The translations under genes were made by a program, and so were the position numbers. The notes under the pieces were generated by a model. That model saw nothing but the letters and a program-made list of their open reading frames with translations. It ran no database searches and had not been told where the DNA came from. A stretch of DNA of 64,000 nucleotides from Takakia lepidozioides (taxonomy: Eukaryota > Plantae > Bryophyta), in assembly GCA_030704615.1 (NCBI GenBank), contig CM060731.1, forward strand, positions 92,070,001-92,134,000, given 5' to 3'. This document shows positions 63,101 to 64,000 of this stretch, piece by piece. Numbering within the stretch: position 1 is the stretch's first letter; every line of letters begins with the position of its first letter.

Positions 63101-63667
63101 GCGGCGGTACTGGAAGAACGCGAGCGTTTGTTGAAGCTCGCAAAGTACAACATTGCCAAAGCTAGGAAACGGTATGAAAGGCAGGCGAATCGGAAGCGGA
63201 GGGAAGTGAAGTTTGAGGCAGGCACAGAGGTCTGGTTGAACATCAAGAATTTTCGACTACCTCCGGAAATGAGTCCGAAGTTCGTACCTCCGTATGCGGG
63301 TCCCTTTCGCATTCGGAGGGTTATGAATGAGGATGTGTATGAATTGGAGCTGCCAGCAAACAGCAAGGTGCACCCAGTATTCCATGTCTCCCTTTTGAAG
63401 CCTTACTTCAAAGATGAAGCACGTCCGAATCGGCAGCAAGTGTTGCGTCCGCCACCTATGCTGTTGGATCATGAAAATGAACCCGAGTACGAGGTGGAGG
63501 CAATACTTAAGTCGAGGAGGTTCAAGAACCGAGAAACGGAGTATCTCGTCAAATGGAAGGGCTATCATCTTGTGGAGGCATCTTGGGTGCGTGCCTCAGA
63601 AATGGGAAACGCATCCGAGGCAGTTGCAGCGTTCGAAGGGCGACCTCAAAAGCGGAAGAAGCGTTGA
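60176..63667 (+). pseudogene. pol: Pol polyprotein PR-RT-RNase H-integrase-chromodomain, frameshifted
   Basis: ORF pieces 60016-61011, 61094-61339, 61311-61913, 61871-62287, 62301-62609, 62561-63667; YEVEAIL...YLVKWKGY...SWV. Confidence 0.92.
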
Positions 63668-63690
63668 TGGGGACATCAACCTTGGAGCGT

Positions 63691-63701
63691 GGGGGAGGAA
63701 A
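63691..63701 (+). promoter_or_regulatory. PPT-like purine tract after the integrase stop (also at 54832-54842)
   Basis: GGGGGAGGAAA followed by TG, but not adjacent to the sequence matching the 5' LTR. Confidence 0.5.
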
Positions 63702-64000
63702 TGCATGCTTAGCCCGGTTTAGCTAGCTCAGGAATCCGATTGCAAAAACTTGTATTGTACAAAAATTTGTATAAAGGAAATGGGTTCCAAATATTGTGCG
63801 TCCTATTGTGTTTGGAATGGTGATGCATGGTGTGGTTGGCTGGTGTGTAGAATGCATGCTAGCTTACAAAAGTGGGAGAGGTAAATTGGGTTAATCGTGT
63901 GTTTGCGCAGTGCCGAAATCGGGTGACTCCCATCCAAGGGGCAAGGAAAACTTGCGCCTTATTTGGGAGTTCAAGTGCTAGTGCGCACCTGGCGCGTGCG

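Larger units (their letters stand above)
58326..64000 (+). mobile_element. Ty3/gypsy chromovirus copy B (Galadriel-like), runs off the window
   Basis: LTR, tRNA-iMet PBS, gag, PR (LVDTGASHSF), RT, RNase H, integrase with GPF motif, group I-type chromodomain; multiple frameshifts. Confidence 0.95.

Overview
Eukaryotic land-plant DNA (spliceosomal introns, plant gene fragments, repeat types suggesting a bryophyte such as a moss; the taxon is an inference). The window is almost entirely nested, decayed transposable elements, with no intact host gene seen. Contents: (TC)n-tailed LINE fragments; an RNase H plus restriction-like-endonuclease LINE remnant; Ty3/gypsy gag, integrase and LTR remnants; two Galadriel-like chromovirus copies (one rearranged); CACTA ends and genes, one end followed by a captured RPL27 fragment whose exon is amplified 12 times; and Mutator-like (MULE) DDE/SWIM transposase genes. 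The most striking structure is a recurring module: a MULE transposase next to an intron-containing gene with a ParB/Sulfiredoxin-type motif (DGNHR, GxxRxxA), whose introns and flanks carry regularly spaced arrays of 22-30 bp palindromes. Two ParB-like paralogs and a truncated third module each have their own palindrome family, and a fourth array has an exact 53-bp period. This suggests a transposon-borne ParB/parS-like or VANC-like sequence-specific DNA-binding system. The function is hypothetical, and all copies here appear pseudogenised.
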